From Candidatus Dormiibacterota bacterium (GTDB lineage: Bacteria > Chloroflexota > Dormibacteria > Aeolococcales > Aeolococcaceae): 64,000 nt of DNA. The notes beneath the pieces were generated by a model. That model did no database searches, had not been told where the DNA came from, and saw nothing but the letters and a program-made list of their open reading frames with translations. The DNA is taken from NCBI GenBank assembly GCA_963709585.1, contig CAVPXI010000005.1:96001-160000 (forward strand), given 5' to 3'. Positions 9,295 to 21,626 of this stretch are shown in pieces (the stretch's first letter is position 1; every line of letters begins with the position of its first letter). Position numbers and translations under genes: made by a program.

Positions 9295-11187
9295 ATGGCG
9301 GTCACCGGCAGCGTCGACCGACGCACCCTTCCCGCACTCGCGTTCGTCGGGGAGGTCGCTCAGCAGATCCGGGTCGATGGGATTCGAGCCAGCACCAAGG
9401 CCGGATCGGGACACCCGACCTCCAGCATGTCCGCCGCTGACCTGATCGCCGTCCTGGCCGCTCGCCATCTGCGCTACGACTTCGAGCACCCGGACCTGGC
9501 CAACAACGACCACCTCATCTTCTCGAAGGGCCACGCCTCGCCTCTCCTCTATGGGCTGTACAAGGCGGCCGGCGCCATCACCGATCAGGAGTTGATGACC
9601 TACCGCACCTTCGGCTCGAGGCTCCAGGGCCATCCGACGCCGATCATCCCCTGGGTCGACGTCGCCACCGGCTCACTCGGCCAGGGGCTGGCGATCGCTG
9701 TGGGAGTTGCCCTCGCCGGCAGGTATCTCGACCACCTTCCCTTCCATGTCTGGGTGCTGTGCGGTGACAGCGAGCTTGCCGAAGGGTCGATCTGGGAGGC
9801 GCTCGACAAGGCCGGTCACTACGGCCTCTCCAATCTCACAGCGATCTTCGACGTGAACCGCCTCGGACAGCGCGGGCCCACCGAGTACGAGTGGGACCTG
9901 GACATCTATCGCCGCCGCGTCGAGGCCTTCGGCTGCAGGGCCATCGTCATCGACGGTCACGACCTCGGCGAGATCGACGAGGCGCTGACCTCCGCGCGAG
10001 CGGACGGCGACCGCCCCAGCGTCGTGATCGCTCGCACCATCAAGGGCAAGGGGTTCAAGGAGATCGAGAACAAGGACGGATGGCACGGCAAGGCGCTGCC
10101 CCCCGACCTGGCCGAGAAGGCGATCGCGGAGCTCGGTGGCGAGCGCGACCTGCGCATCGACGTCCGGCCACCCGAGGCACTCGAGTCGGCATCCTCGAAG
10201 GCCGCGGACACGGCCGTCAACCTGCCGGCCTACGCACTCGGCGAGAAGGTCGCGACCCGCAAGGCATACGGCGACACGCTGCGCGCACTCGGCGCCCGTC
10301 ACGACATCGTGGCGCTCGACGGCGAGGTGAGCAACTCCACCCATGCCGACGAGTTCAAGAACGCGTACCCCGACCGATTCTTCGAGATGTTCATCGCGGA
10401 ACAGCAGATGGTCGCGAGCGCGGTCGGGCTCTCGGTCCGCGGCTACATCCCATTCGCCTCGACGTTTGCGGCCTTTCTCTCTCGCGCCTATGACTTCATC
10501 AGGATGGCGGGCGTTTCCCAAGTCAGCATCCGGCTCTCCGGCTCACACGCCGGCTGCGAGATCGGCGCCGACGGTCCATCACAGATGGCGCTCGAGGACA
10601 TCGCCTCGCTGCGCGCGGTGCACATGTCGACGGTGCTCTACCCGAGCGACGCCGTCTCGACGGCGAAGCTGGTCGCGCAGATGGCCGACCTTCGTGGCAT
10701 CAGCTACATCCGCACCACCCGGGGTGCGTACCCGGTCCTGTACGGGAACGACGAGCAATTCCCGATCGGCGGTTCGAAGGTGGTCCGTCAATCCCCCGGC
10801 GACGTGGTCACGCTGATCAGCGCCGGCGTGACGCTGCACGCCTGCATCGCCGCCGCCGAGCGGCTGTCGAAGAGCGATATCTCCTGCCGCGTCATCGATC
10901 TCTATTCGGTGAAGCCGATCGACATCGCGACCTTGCGCGCTGCCAGCGAAGCGACGGCCGGACGCCTTGTGGTCGTCGAAGACCATTACCCGGAGGGCGG
11001 GCTTGGCGCGGCAGTGATGGAGGCTCTCGCGCTCGAGGAGAATCCGCCACGCGTCACCCATCTCGCGGTACGCGATCTGCCCGGGTCGGCGAGCCCAGAG
11101 GAGTTGATGGCCGCCGCCGGGATCGACGCCGACGCGATCGTTGCGGCGGTGAACACACTGATAGGTGCTGCCGCGAAGGCCGGCTGA
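9295..11187 (+). CDS. tkt: Transketolase
   Basis: SGHPTSSMS, SKGHA, ATGSLGQG, GDSELAEGSIWE, DGPSQM; GGAGG RBS before the ATG at 9295. Confidence 0.95.
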   Translation: MAVTGSVDRRTLPALAFVGEVAQQIRVDGIRASTKAGSGHPTSSMSAADLIAVLAARHLRYDFEHPDLANNDHLIFSKGHASPLLYGLYKAAGAITDQELMTYRTFGSRLQGHPTPIIPWVDVATGSLGQGLAIAVGVALAGRYLDHLPFHVWVLCGDSELAEGSIWEALDKAGHYGLSNLTAIFDVNRLGQRGPTEYEWDLDIYRRRVEAFGCRAIVIDGHDLGEIDEALTSARADGDRPSVVIARTIKGKGFKEIENKDGWHGKALPPDLAEKAIAELGGERDLRIDVRPPEALESASSKAADTAVNLPAYALGEKVATRKAYGDTLRALGARHDIVALDGEVSNSTHADEFKNAYPDRFFEMFIAEQQMVASAVGLSVRGYIPFASTFAAFLSRAYDFIRMAGVSQVSIRLSGSHAGCEIGADGPSQMALEDIASLRAVHMSTVLYPSDAVSTAKLVAQMADLRGISYIRTTRGAYPVLYGNDEQFPIGGSKVVRQSPGDVVTLISAGVTLHACIAAAERLSKSDISCRVIDLYSVKPIDIATLRAASEATAGRLVVVEDHYPEGGLGAAVMEALALEENPPRVTHLAVRDLPGSASPEELMAAAGIDADAIVAAVNTLIGAAAKAG

Positions 11188-13999
11188 ATGACCGCACTGC
11201 AGCAGCTCGGCGAACACGGCCAGTCGGTGTGGCTCGACTTCATCAGCCGCGAGCTGGTGACCACGGGTCAGCTGCAGCGCCGCGTCGCCGACGAGAACGT
11301 GACCGGGTTGACCAGCAACCCCACGATCTTCCAGAAGGCGATCGCGGAGGGCTCGCTCTACGACGATCAGATCCGCGAGCTGATCGAGTCCGGGATCGAT
11401 GATCCCAACGACGTCTTCATCGAGCTCGCGATCACCGACATCCAGCACGCCGCAGACATCCTCCGCCCGGTGCACGAACGCACCTCGGGCGCGGACGGAT
11501 ATGTCAGCCTCGAGGTGCCGCCGTCGCTGTCGCATGACACCGACGCGACCATCGCGACCGCGAGAACCCTTTGGGAGCGGGTCGGCCGCCCCAACCTGAT
11601 GATCAAGATCCCGGCCACCCTCGAGGGAATGCCGGCGATCCATCGGACCATCGCGGACGGCCGCAACGTGAACATCACGCTCATCTTCGCGATCGCAATG
11701 CACGATCGTGTGATCGAGCAGTACGTCTCGGCGCTCGAGAGTCGTCACCGGGAAGGGCAGTCGCTCGACGTGCATTCGGTGGCGTCGTTCTTCGTGAGCC
11801 GCGTCGATACGCTCGTGGACAAGCTGCTCGAGGAGAAGCTCGCCGCCGACCCGGGGAACGCGCTCGTCGAGGGCCTGTTCGGCAAGGCGGCGATCGCCAA
11901 TGCGGTGCTCGCCTACGAGCTCTTCGAACAGCGATTCGGTGACGATCGCTTCGCGCCGCTGCGCGCCGCGGGCGCGCATGTGCAGCGTCCGCTCTGGGCG
12001 AGCACGAGTGCCAAGAATCCCAACTACCGCGACGTCGTCTACGCAGAAGCGTTGATCGGGCCCGACACCGTGGACACGATGCCGCCCGCAACCATTGAGG
12101 CATTCCTGGACCATGGCGTCGTGGCCGGTGACACCGTGAAAGCCGACTACGCAGGCGCCCACCGCGTGATGGATCAGCTCGCCGAAGCCGGGATCGACAT
12201 GGATGCGGTGACCCAGAAACTGCTCGATGACGGCGTCAAGCAGTTCGCGAACTCGTACGACGAGTTGATCCGAGGCATCGCCGAAAAGATCGACGCCATG
12301 GGCTCCGGGTACGCACGCCGCCAGCACATCGACACCGGTGGGGCGGCGATCCCGCTCGATACTCCCGCCGCGAGCGGGATCGCCACGCGGATCTGGCACC
12401 GCGACCCCAACCTCTGGAAACCGGGGGACAGCGCTCACGCAACCGTGATCAACAACCGACTCGGCTGGCTCGACGTCGTCGGCGCCATGCGCGAACGGCT
12501 CCCCGCGCTCAAGGCGCTGGCCGGCGAGGTGCGTGACGCCGGGTGGCACGACTGCGTACTGCTCGGCATGGGCGGTTCGAGCCTCTGCCCCGAGGTGCTG
12601 CGCAGCTCCTTCGGCAGCACTGACGGACAGCCGACACTCCACGTTTTGGATACCACCGATCCACTCGCCATCGCCAGGGTGACCGGGGCCATCGACCCGG
12701 AAGCGACCGGGTACATCGTCTCCAGCAAATCGGGCACGACCCTGGAGACGCTCTCCCACCTTGCCCACTTCTGGGAGGTGACCACCGCCGTCACCGACAA
12801 CCCCGGCTCGCACTTCGTCGCCGTGACCGATCCGGGCACGCCGCTTGCGACCATCGCGCGCGACCGAGGATTCCTGCACCTCTTCAAGAATCCGCCGGAC
12901 ATCGGCGGCCGCTACTCCGCCTTGAGCATGTTCGGCCTCGTCCCGGCAGCGATCATCGGGATCGACTGTGAGCTGCTCCTCGAGCGCGCCACCATGATGC
13001 GCAGGAACTGCGCAGCCGGCGTGCCGGGTGACCTCAACTGCGGCCTGAGCCTCGGTACCGTGATGGGCGCGCTCCACGACCAGGGACGTGACAAGGTGAC
13101 CATCCTCGCGCCCAAAGAGATCGAGGCCTACTCGTTGTGGGCGGAACAGCTCATCGCCGAGAGCACCGGTAAGGAGGGCAAGGGCATCATCCCGATCGGC
13201 GACGAGCCGATCGGAGACCCGGACGTGTACGCCGGCGACCGCCTCTTCGTCGCCCTGCGCATCGGCGATGACGCGGGATTCGATCGCTCCGTTGAAGCGT
13301 TGAAGGGCGCCGGGCATCCGGTCATCTCCTTCGACCTCGCCGACAAGTACGACCTCGCCGCCGAGTTCTTCCGGTGGGAGTTCGCAACCGCGGTCGCGGG
13401 AGCGCACCTCGCCATCGATCCTTTCGACGAGCCGAATGTGCAGGAGTTGAAGGACAACACCAAAGCGGTCCTGCAGCAGTATCACGACTCCGGCGCGCTG
13501 CCGGACGAGGCCGCAGCCGTCACCGACGGCGCCCTACGCGTGTATGGCGATGTCTCCGGATCCAGCGCGTCAGGCGCACTGGCCGCCCACCTCGATACCG
13601 CCAATCCAGGCGATTACATCGCGCTGATGGCATACGTCACACCCGACGACGCCAGTGAGCGGGCGCTCCAGGGTCTGCGTGTGGCCATTCGCGACTTCGC
13701 GCCGTCTCGCGACCACGCTCGGCTTCGGCCCTCGCTTTCTGCACAGCACCGGTCAGCTGCACAAGGGTGGACCGAACACCGGGGTCTACATCCAGATCAC
13801 CGCCGACGACGGGACCGATGTGCCGATCCCCGGTCAGCCGTTCACATTCTCGATCCTCAAGCGAGCCCAGGCCGCCGGCGACCTGCAGTCGCTGCGGTCC
13901 CACGGCCGGCGCGTCATCCGCGTCCACATCGCCGGCGACCTTGGTGCGGGACTCGCCAGCCTCACCGACGCAGTCAGCGCAATCACGGCGGCGCGCTGA
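11188..13999 (+). CDS. Bifunctional transaldolase / phosphoglucose isomerase; frameshift near 13693-13698, probably a sequencing error
   Basis: GQSVWLD, TSNPTIF, LWASTSAK (Tal); GMGGSSL, SKSGTT, GGRYS (PGI). The C-terminus GPRFLHSTGQLHKGGP is in the 13655..13999 frame. Confidence 0.92.
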
Positions 14000-14031
14000 G
14001 CGCGGCCGTCACATCGAGGGAACTCACCACC

Positions 14032-14960
14032 ATGCAGATCGGCTTTGTCGGGCTTGGCAGGATGGGCGCCAACATGGTGCACCGGCTCCGTCGCGACGGT
14101 GACCACGCCGTTGTCGCTTTCGATCCCAATCCGGATGCGCGCGCAAGCGTCGAAGCCTTCGGGGCGACCACGACCGCGAGCATCGATGAGCTCATCGCCG
14201 CCCTCGACAAGCCTCGCGGCGTCTGGATCATGGTTCCATCGGGCAAGGTGACTGACGACACGGTGGCGGCGCTGCAGTCGCTGCTCGAGAAAGGCGACAC
14301 GATCATCGACGGCGGCAACAGCAACTATCACGACTTGATCGCGCGAGCGGCCAGGAGCGCCGAGCGCGGCATCAGCTTCATCGATGCCGGGACCAGCGGC
14401 GGCATCTGGGGCCTGCAGGTCGGATACTGCCTCATGGCCGGTGGCGAGCAGGCGACGATCGATCACTGGCGCCCGATCTTCACGACCCTGGCGCCGCCCG
14501 ACGGCTTCCTCCACGTTGGACCGCCCGGCTCCGGACATTTCGTGAAGATGGTGCACAACGGGATCGAGTACGGGATGCTCCAGGCGTACGCAGAGGGCTT
14601 CGCCATCCTCCAGGCGAAGCAGGACTTCGGCGAGCTCGACCTGCACGCCATAACGCACCTCTGGAACCAGGGGAGCGTGGTGCGCTCCTGGCTCCTCGAG
14701 CTCGCCGAGCGCGCATTCGAGCGGGATCCACAGCTGGACCAGTTGCGCGGCTGGGTCGACGACTCCGGCGAGGGACGCTGGACTCTCGAGGAAGCGATGC
14801 AGCTGTCGGTCCCGGCCCCCGTGCTCGCGCTGTCGCTGATCATGCGATATCAGTCGCGCCTGCCCGACGGTTTTGGCAACAAGGTGATCGCGGCGCTCCG
14901 CAACGAGTTCGGTGGGCATCCGGTGAAAGCCGAGACAGCGGCAGGGGCTGCAGCATCACA

Positions 14961-14964
<4 letters not shown>
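14032..14964 (+). CDS. gnd: 6-phosphogluconate dehydrogenase (decarboxylating, short type)
   Basis: MQIGFVGLGRMG, IDGGNS, GHFVKMVHNGIEYG, DSGEGRWT, RNEFGGH. Confidence 0.95.
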
Positions 14965-16520
<1,556 letters not shown>

Positions 16521-16521
16521 C

Positions 16522-17268
16522 GTGGCGGCGACGAGCGCTCTCGACAATCTCACCGGCCAGCGTGTCGTCAGCGAGACCGCTGCAGAGGTCGCCGACGCCG
16601 TCGCGAGCTGGGTCGCGGCGCAGGCGCTGCGCGCCTGTGGCGACCACGGCGGCTTCTCGATCGCCCTTTCGGGCGGGAGCACGCCGCGTCTCCTCAACCA
16701 GATGCTCGCCGGGCCGGACTGGCGGGACCGCATCGACTGGAGCTGTTGGAACGTCTATTTCGCTGACGAGCGTGCGGGCGCGCCGGATGACCCGGCGAGC
16801 AACTACCACTTTGCCGAGACGACCTTGCTGAGCCGCGTGCCGATCGACCCCGGACGGGTGCACCGCATGCGCGCGGAGCGTGCCGATCTCGACGCCGCGG
16901 CGGCGGAGTACTCGGATCTGCTCGCGAGCTCACTGCCTTCCGGAAACGGAGGCGCACCGCGGCTCGACGTGATCCTCCTCGGGCTGGGCGAGAACGGCCA
17001 CACAGCGTCGCTGTTTCCGGACACACCGGCGCTGATGGTCACCGACCGCTGGGCGACGCGGGGCCTCGCCGACTACGCGCCGTTCGACCGGATCACGCTG
17101 ACCTACCCGGCGATCAACGCCGCCGCAGCCGTCGGGTTCATGGTCACGGGCGCCGCGAAGCATGCGGCGCTTGCCGCGACCGCCAGAGGTGAGGTGCCCG
17201 CCTCGCGCGTCCGTCCCACCGACGGGACGCTCGCCTGGTTCATCGACGCCGCTGCTGCGGCAGGGTGA
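16522..17268 (+). CDS. pgl: 6-phosphogluconolactonase
   Basis: ALSGGSTP, YFADER, LLGLGENGHTASLFP, RITLT. Confidence 0.92.
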   Translation: MAATSALDNLTGQRVVSETAAEVADAVASWVAAQALRACGDHGGFSIALSGGSTPRLLNQMLAGPDWRDRIDWSCWNVYFADERAGAPDDPASNYHFAETTLLSRVPIDPGRVHRMRAERADLDAAAAEYSDLLASSLPSGNGGAPRLDVILLGLGENGHTASLFPDTPALMVTDRWATRGLADYAPFDRITLTYPAINAAAAVGFMVTGAAKHAALAATARGEVPASRVRPTDGTLAWFIDAAAAAG

Positions 17269-17321
17269 CGGCTGTGAGAATTCCGGCAGCCCGCTGACCC
17301 GCGTCTGCCAGAATCCGCGGG

Positions 17322-18030
17322 ATGCCGCGATCGACGTGGAAGCCCTGCCGAGACGCCATCCGGATCGCGCCGAGCTTGCTCGCCGCCGACTTCGGACACA
17401 TAGCGAAGGCTGCTCACGACCTGGAGGAGAGCGGCGCGGAGCGCATCCACGTCGACGTGATGGACGGCGTGTTCGTCCCCAACTTCACGTTCGGCACGGA
17501 TACGGTGCGCGTGCTCCGGCGGATTTCGTCGCTGCCCCTGGAGCTGCATCTCATGATCGTCAATCCCGACGCGCACCTGAGAACCTTCGCGACCGCAGGC
17601 GCCGACGCGATCACCGTGCACTACGAGGTATGTCCGAACCTGCACCGCACCCTGGCATCGATCCGCTCGCTCGACTGCCGCTCTGGCGCGGCGATCAATC
17701 CAGGCACGCCCGCGCAGATGCTCGACGACACTCTCGAGTTCATGCGACCTCGCGCTGGTCATGACCATCGATCCCGGGTTTGGCGGACAGTCACTGATAC
17801 CGCGCACGCTGCGCAAGGTCGAGCACATCCGTCGTGAGCTTGAACGTCAGGGCCTGGACACCGAGGTCGAGGTCGACGGTGGTGTCGACGCGAGCAACGC
17901 GAAGGCGTGTGTCGACGCCGGAGCCGACGTGCTCGTCGCCGGCACCGCGGTGTTCAAGCACGAGGGTGGGCCGAAGGCAGGCGTGGCCGCGCTGCAGCAG
18001 GCCCTGACCGAGGCCGGCGGCGCATCGTGA
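17322..18030 (+). CDS. rpe: Ribulose-phosphate 3-epimerase; frameshift near 17736-17741, probably a sequencing error
   Basis: IAPSLLAADF, HVDVMDG, HLMI; then MTIDPGFGGQ, VDGG, VAGTAVF in ORF 17761..18030. Confidence 0.92.
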
Positions 18031-20195
18031 CCGAGCTCGCAACCGCCACGCTTACCGACGGCAGCGAGGACGTCGACCGCGCCGCAGCGGATCTCGCGGC
18101 TCGGCTGCCGTCCCCACTCGAGGCGGTCGCTCGCCTCGCCTACAACTACGCTTGGTCGTGGTGGCCGGGCGGCGACGACGTGTTTCGGATGATCGATCCG
18201 GCGCGCTGGGAGGCAAGCAACCACAATCCGATTCGCCTGCTCGACGAGACGTCGTCCGCGACCCTCGAGCGCGCCGCCGCTGATGTCACCCTGCTGCACC
18301 GGCTTGCCGAGCTCATGCGTGGGCTCGACCGCGAGCTGGGGCGCCCGTCCATGGAGGGGAAGGCCACACCGGTCCACCCGGTGGCGTTTCTCTGCGCCGA
18401 GTTTGCCGTGCACCGGTCGCTGCCGATCTATGCGGGCGGCCTGGGCGTGCTCGCGGGGGACATCCTCAAGCAGGCCTCCGACATGGCGCTGCCGATGGTC
18501 GGCGTCGGTCTCCTCTACCGTCAGGGCTATTTCCAGCAGCGCATGGACCGGTCGGGGTACCAGATCGAGTACTGGCTCCAGGTCGACCCCGAGCGAGTTC
18601 CCGCCGCTCTTGTCTATAACGGTGGCGAGCCGCTGACCGTGACCGTGCCGCTGCGCGGGCGCGACGTCGTGGTCCAGGTGTGGCGCCTCGATATCGGCCG
18701 CACGCCGCTCTACCTCCTCGACGCGCAGCGTCCCGAGAACTCCCCCATCGATCAGTGGATCACCAGCCGTCTCTACGTCGCCGACCGGCCGACCCGGCTC
18801 GCCCAGTACGCACTCCTCGGGATCGGCTCGATGCGCGTCCTCGATGCGATGGGGCTGGAGCCGTGCGTCGTCCACCTCAACGAGGGGCACGCCGCGCTCG
18901 CGCCGCTCGAGATGGCCCGCCGCGAGATGGCCCTTGGCCGCTCGCGGCACGAGGCCTTCACGGCCGCGCGTGATCGCACCGTCTTCACAACTCATACGCC
19001 GGTGAGCGCCGGCAACGAGGGATACGACGTCAGCGAGATCGTCGAGGTCCTCGGTGACTACCCGGAGCAGGCCGGGCTCGACCTCGAGGGCTTTCTTCAC
19101 CTCGGCCGCACCCGGCCCGACAATCCCCACGAGCAGTTCGTCATGACCCCGCTCGGTATCAAGATGAGCCGCTCGCGCAATGGCGTGAGCCGTCGCCACG
19201 GCGAGGTCGCTCGTCAGATGTGGCAGGCGCTCTTCCCCGAACGACCCGCCGACACGGTCCCGATCGGGCACGTCACCAACGGCGTGCACGTGCCGACCTG
19301 GATGGCACCGCGGATGCGCGAGCTGCTCGATCGCTACCTCGGGGCGGGATGGGAGGCCCGCGCCGCCGATCCGGACACCTGGCGCGGCGTGGACGACATC
19401 CCGGATGCGGAGTTGTGGGAGGTGCGCAACGCGTTGCGAGCCGACTTCGTGCAGCACGTCCGGGTGCAGAGCGTCGCCAACCGGCTCGCTCGCGACGAGC
19501 CGCGCTGGTACGTGGAGGCCGCCGAGTACGGGTTCGACGAGCACGCCTTGACCTTTGGGTTCGCGCGCCGCCTTGCCGGATACAAGCGCATCCAGCTGCT
19601 GACCCTCGACACCCAGCGCGCCACGAGCGTGCTCGAGAACAGGGATCGACCGGCGCAGATGGTGTTCGCCGGCAAGTCACATCCTCAGGACGAGGAGGGC
19701 AAGCATGCAGCCCAGCGACTGTTCAGCTTCGAGCGGGAGCCTGCCGCGATGAGCCGGGTCTCGTTCCTCGATAACTACAGCCTCGCGACTGCCGACCAAA
19801 TGGTCGCCGGCTGCGACGTGTGGATCAACGTTCCCAGACCGCCCCTCGAGGCGAGCGGCACCAGCGGGATGAAAGCGGCGCTGAACGGCGGGCTCAACCT
19901 TTCCGTGCTCGACGGGTGGTGGGCCGAGGCGTACAACGGAACCAATGGGTGGGCCATCCCCGGCGACATCCTGTTCGACCATGGCATGCAGGACTCGCGC
20001 GACGCGGCGACGCTCTTCGACATCATCGAGCACGAGGTCGTGCCGCTCTTCTACCAGCGTGATGAGCACGGCGTACCGCGCGGCTGGGTGGAGCGGGTGC
20101 GCGCGTCGCTGCGCACCAACGGACCGCGATTCTCAGCGGCGCGGATGATGCGCGATTACGCAGACGACGTCTACGACCTCACCAGGTCGCGCTGA
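18027..20195 (+). CDS. glgP: Alpha-glucan (glycogen/maltodextrin) phosphorylase
   Basis: YAGGLGVLAGD, HLNEGH, FTTHTP, EASGTSGMKA; GTG start overlaps the rpe stop. Confidence 0.93.
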   Translation: MTELATATLTDGSEDVDRAAADLAARLPSPLEAVARLAYNYAWSWWPGGDDVFRMIDPARWEASNHNPIRLLDETSSATLERAAADVTLLHRLAELMRGLDRELGRPSMEGKATPVHPVAFLCAEFAVHRSLPIYAGGLGVLAGDILKQASDMALPMVGVGLLYRQGYFQQRMDRSGYQIEYWLQVDPERVPAALVYNGGEPLTVTVPLRGRDVVVQVWRLDIGRTPLYLLDAQRPENSPIDQWITSRLYVADRPTRLAQYALLGIGSMRVLDAMGLEPCVVHLNEGHAALAPLEMARREMALGRSRHEAFTAARDRTVFTTHTPVSAGNEGYDVSEIVEVLGDYPEQAGLDLEGFLHLGRTRPDNPHEQFVMTPLGIKMSRSRNGVSRRHGEVARQMWQALFPERPADTVPIGHVTNGVHVPTWMAPRMRELLDRYLGAGWEARAADPDTWRGVDDIPDAELWEVRNALRADFVQHVRVQSVANRLARDEPRWYVEAAEYGFDEHALTFGFARRLAGYKRIQLLTLDTQRATSVLENRDRPAQMVFAGKSHPQDEEGKHAAQRLFSFEREPAAMSRVSFLDNYSLATADQMVAGCDVWINVPRPPLEASGTSGMKAALNGGLNLSVLDGWWAEAYNGTNGWAIPGDILFDHGMQDSRDAATLFDIIEHEVVPLFYQRDEHGVPRGWVERVRASLRTNGPRFSAARMMRDYADDVYDLTRSR

Positions 20196-20207
20196 GAGCC
20201 GCCCCGC

Positions 20208-21539
20208 TCACGGCGACTTCGTCGGCTTCGGGGTCGGGGTCGGGGTCGGTGTGGAACTCGTGGCGGTGGGCGTCGGCGTTTGGACCGGGTTCGGCGCGAT
20301 CGTGATCGGCATCGTGTTGGGGGCCGCGGTTGGCGTGGGCGTGGCTGCCGGCTGCGGTGTCGAGGTTGGAAGCGCAGCGCCCGCGGTGTCGATGCTGGTC
20401 GGCAGGCCCGCGTCGGTCGGCCCGGCCGACGGCGTGAAGATCGAGCCCGGCGGCGGCGTCGGCGAGAACTGGACCCCCGGGCCGCCGAGTGCTCGCGCGG
20501 CGAAGATAACCATCACCACCAGCGCGATCACCGCCGCCGCGGCGACCGACCAGACCTTCCATCCGACGCCGCCTGGGCGCCGCTCGCCCGCGCCCGTATC
20601 GATGGCGAGGCCCGGCACGGGCAGGTCGTCGTCGTCATCGACAAGCTCGTCCGCCGGCGAGGCGGGGGCAGGGTCGGCGAGGCGATCCGCGACAGCGGCG
20701 GCGAGCCACGCACGGCCGTGCTCCCGCCACCCGGCTCCCAGGAACGCCACGCCCGCGGTCTCGACATCGCGGCGGAACAGCCCCGCGCTCGCGGGCCGGT
20801 CGCGCGGGTCTTTTGCGAGCCCGCGGATGACCAGCTCCCTCGCAAGCAGCGGTACCGCCTCGCTCGGCAGCGCGCCCTGCGTGTGCTGCACTCCGAGCCC
20901 GGTGAGGTCGGTGCCCAGGTACGGAGGGCGTCCGGTGAGGGAGCCGACCAGGACGCCGGTGGCGGCATAGATGTCGGTCGCGACGGTGTGCGGTCTGCCC
21001 GCCCACAGCTCCGGCGCCATGTACTTCGGGGTTCCGGCGCGCCAGCCGCGACGCAGCGGAGGCGCAGGCACACCCGCGTCACGGAGGATGCCGGTGCCGC
21101 CGGTGTCGAGGACGATCGAGCCCGGGGTCACGTCGCGATGGATGATGCCGGCCACGTGCAGCGCCTCGAGCGCCGCGAGCGAGTCGTCGAACACGACCAG
21201 TGCAGCGGCTGCCGCCAGACGGTCCAAGGTACCCAGCGTGATCCCGTCCACCCACTCATACACGATCGCGGCGTGCCTGTCGTCGAACGCGATCACGGAG
21301 AGCAGGTGCTGGTGGCGCAGCGCGCGGAGCACCCCCATGTCGTGGCGGACCTGACGGCGGTACGCGGCGTCGGCGGACAGCGCCGGGCTGAGCAGGCGGA
21401 TGACCACCCGCGAGCCGGTCGTTGAGTCGTGAGCGTCGACAAGCGCACCGGCGGGGTCGACGCTGATCCCCCGATCCAGTGTGTAGCCGGGAACGTACGC
21501 CCGCGAGCCCGCGCCCTCGCGGCTTCCAGCCTGGTCCAT
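20208..21539 (-). CDS. Hanks-type Ser/Thr kinase-like membrane protein with Pro/Thr-rich extracellular tail (degenerate catalytic motifs)
   Basis: IIHRDV, GTPKYMAPE, DIYA, KDPRDRP; one TM segment; (PT)n tail. Confidence 0.85.
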   Translation of the reverse strand: MDQAGSREGAGSRAYVPGYTLDRGISVDPAGALVDAHDSTTGSRVVIRLLSPALSADAAYRRQVRHDMGVLRALRHQHLLSVIAFDDRHAAIVYEWVDGITLGTLDRLAAAAALVVFDDSLAALEALHVAGIIHRDVTPGSIVLDTGGTGILRDAGVPAPPLRRGWRAGTPKYMAPELWAGRPHTVATDIYAATGVLVGSLTGRPPYLGTDLTGLGVQHTQGALPSEAVPLLARELVIRGLAKDPRDRPASAGLFRRDVETAGVAFLGAGWREHGRAWLAAAVADRLADPAPASPADELVDDDDDLPVPGLAIDTGAGERRPGGVGWKVWSVAAAAVIALVVMVIFAARALGGPGVQFSPTPPPGSIFTPSAGPTDAGLPTSIDTAGAALPTSTPQPAATPTPTAAPNTMPITIAPNPVQTPTPTATSSTPTPTPTPKPTKSP

Positions 21540-21626
21540 TCGTTCTCAGTATGCCGCCACAAAAGCGCGGCTTACACGAATTACCGCATCGGAACGGCCA
21601 TCATCGGGCACTAGAATGACCGGGAA

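Noticed and set aside
10579-13485. Long antisense ORFs (968 aa here; also 14850..16733, 17847..19544, 31085..32764, 42953..44491)
   Set aside because: Shadow frames of real high-GC genes with no recognisable motifs.
20215-20360. Short tandem repeats (ggggtc)n here, and (ggt/ggc)n at 51505-51560
   Set aside because: They encode Pro/Thr and Gly linkers; no CRISPR repeat-spacer structure.
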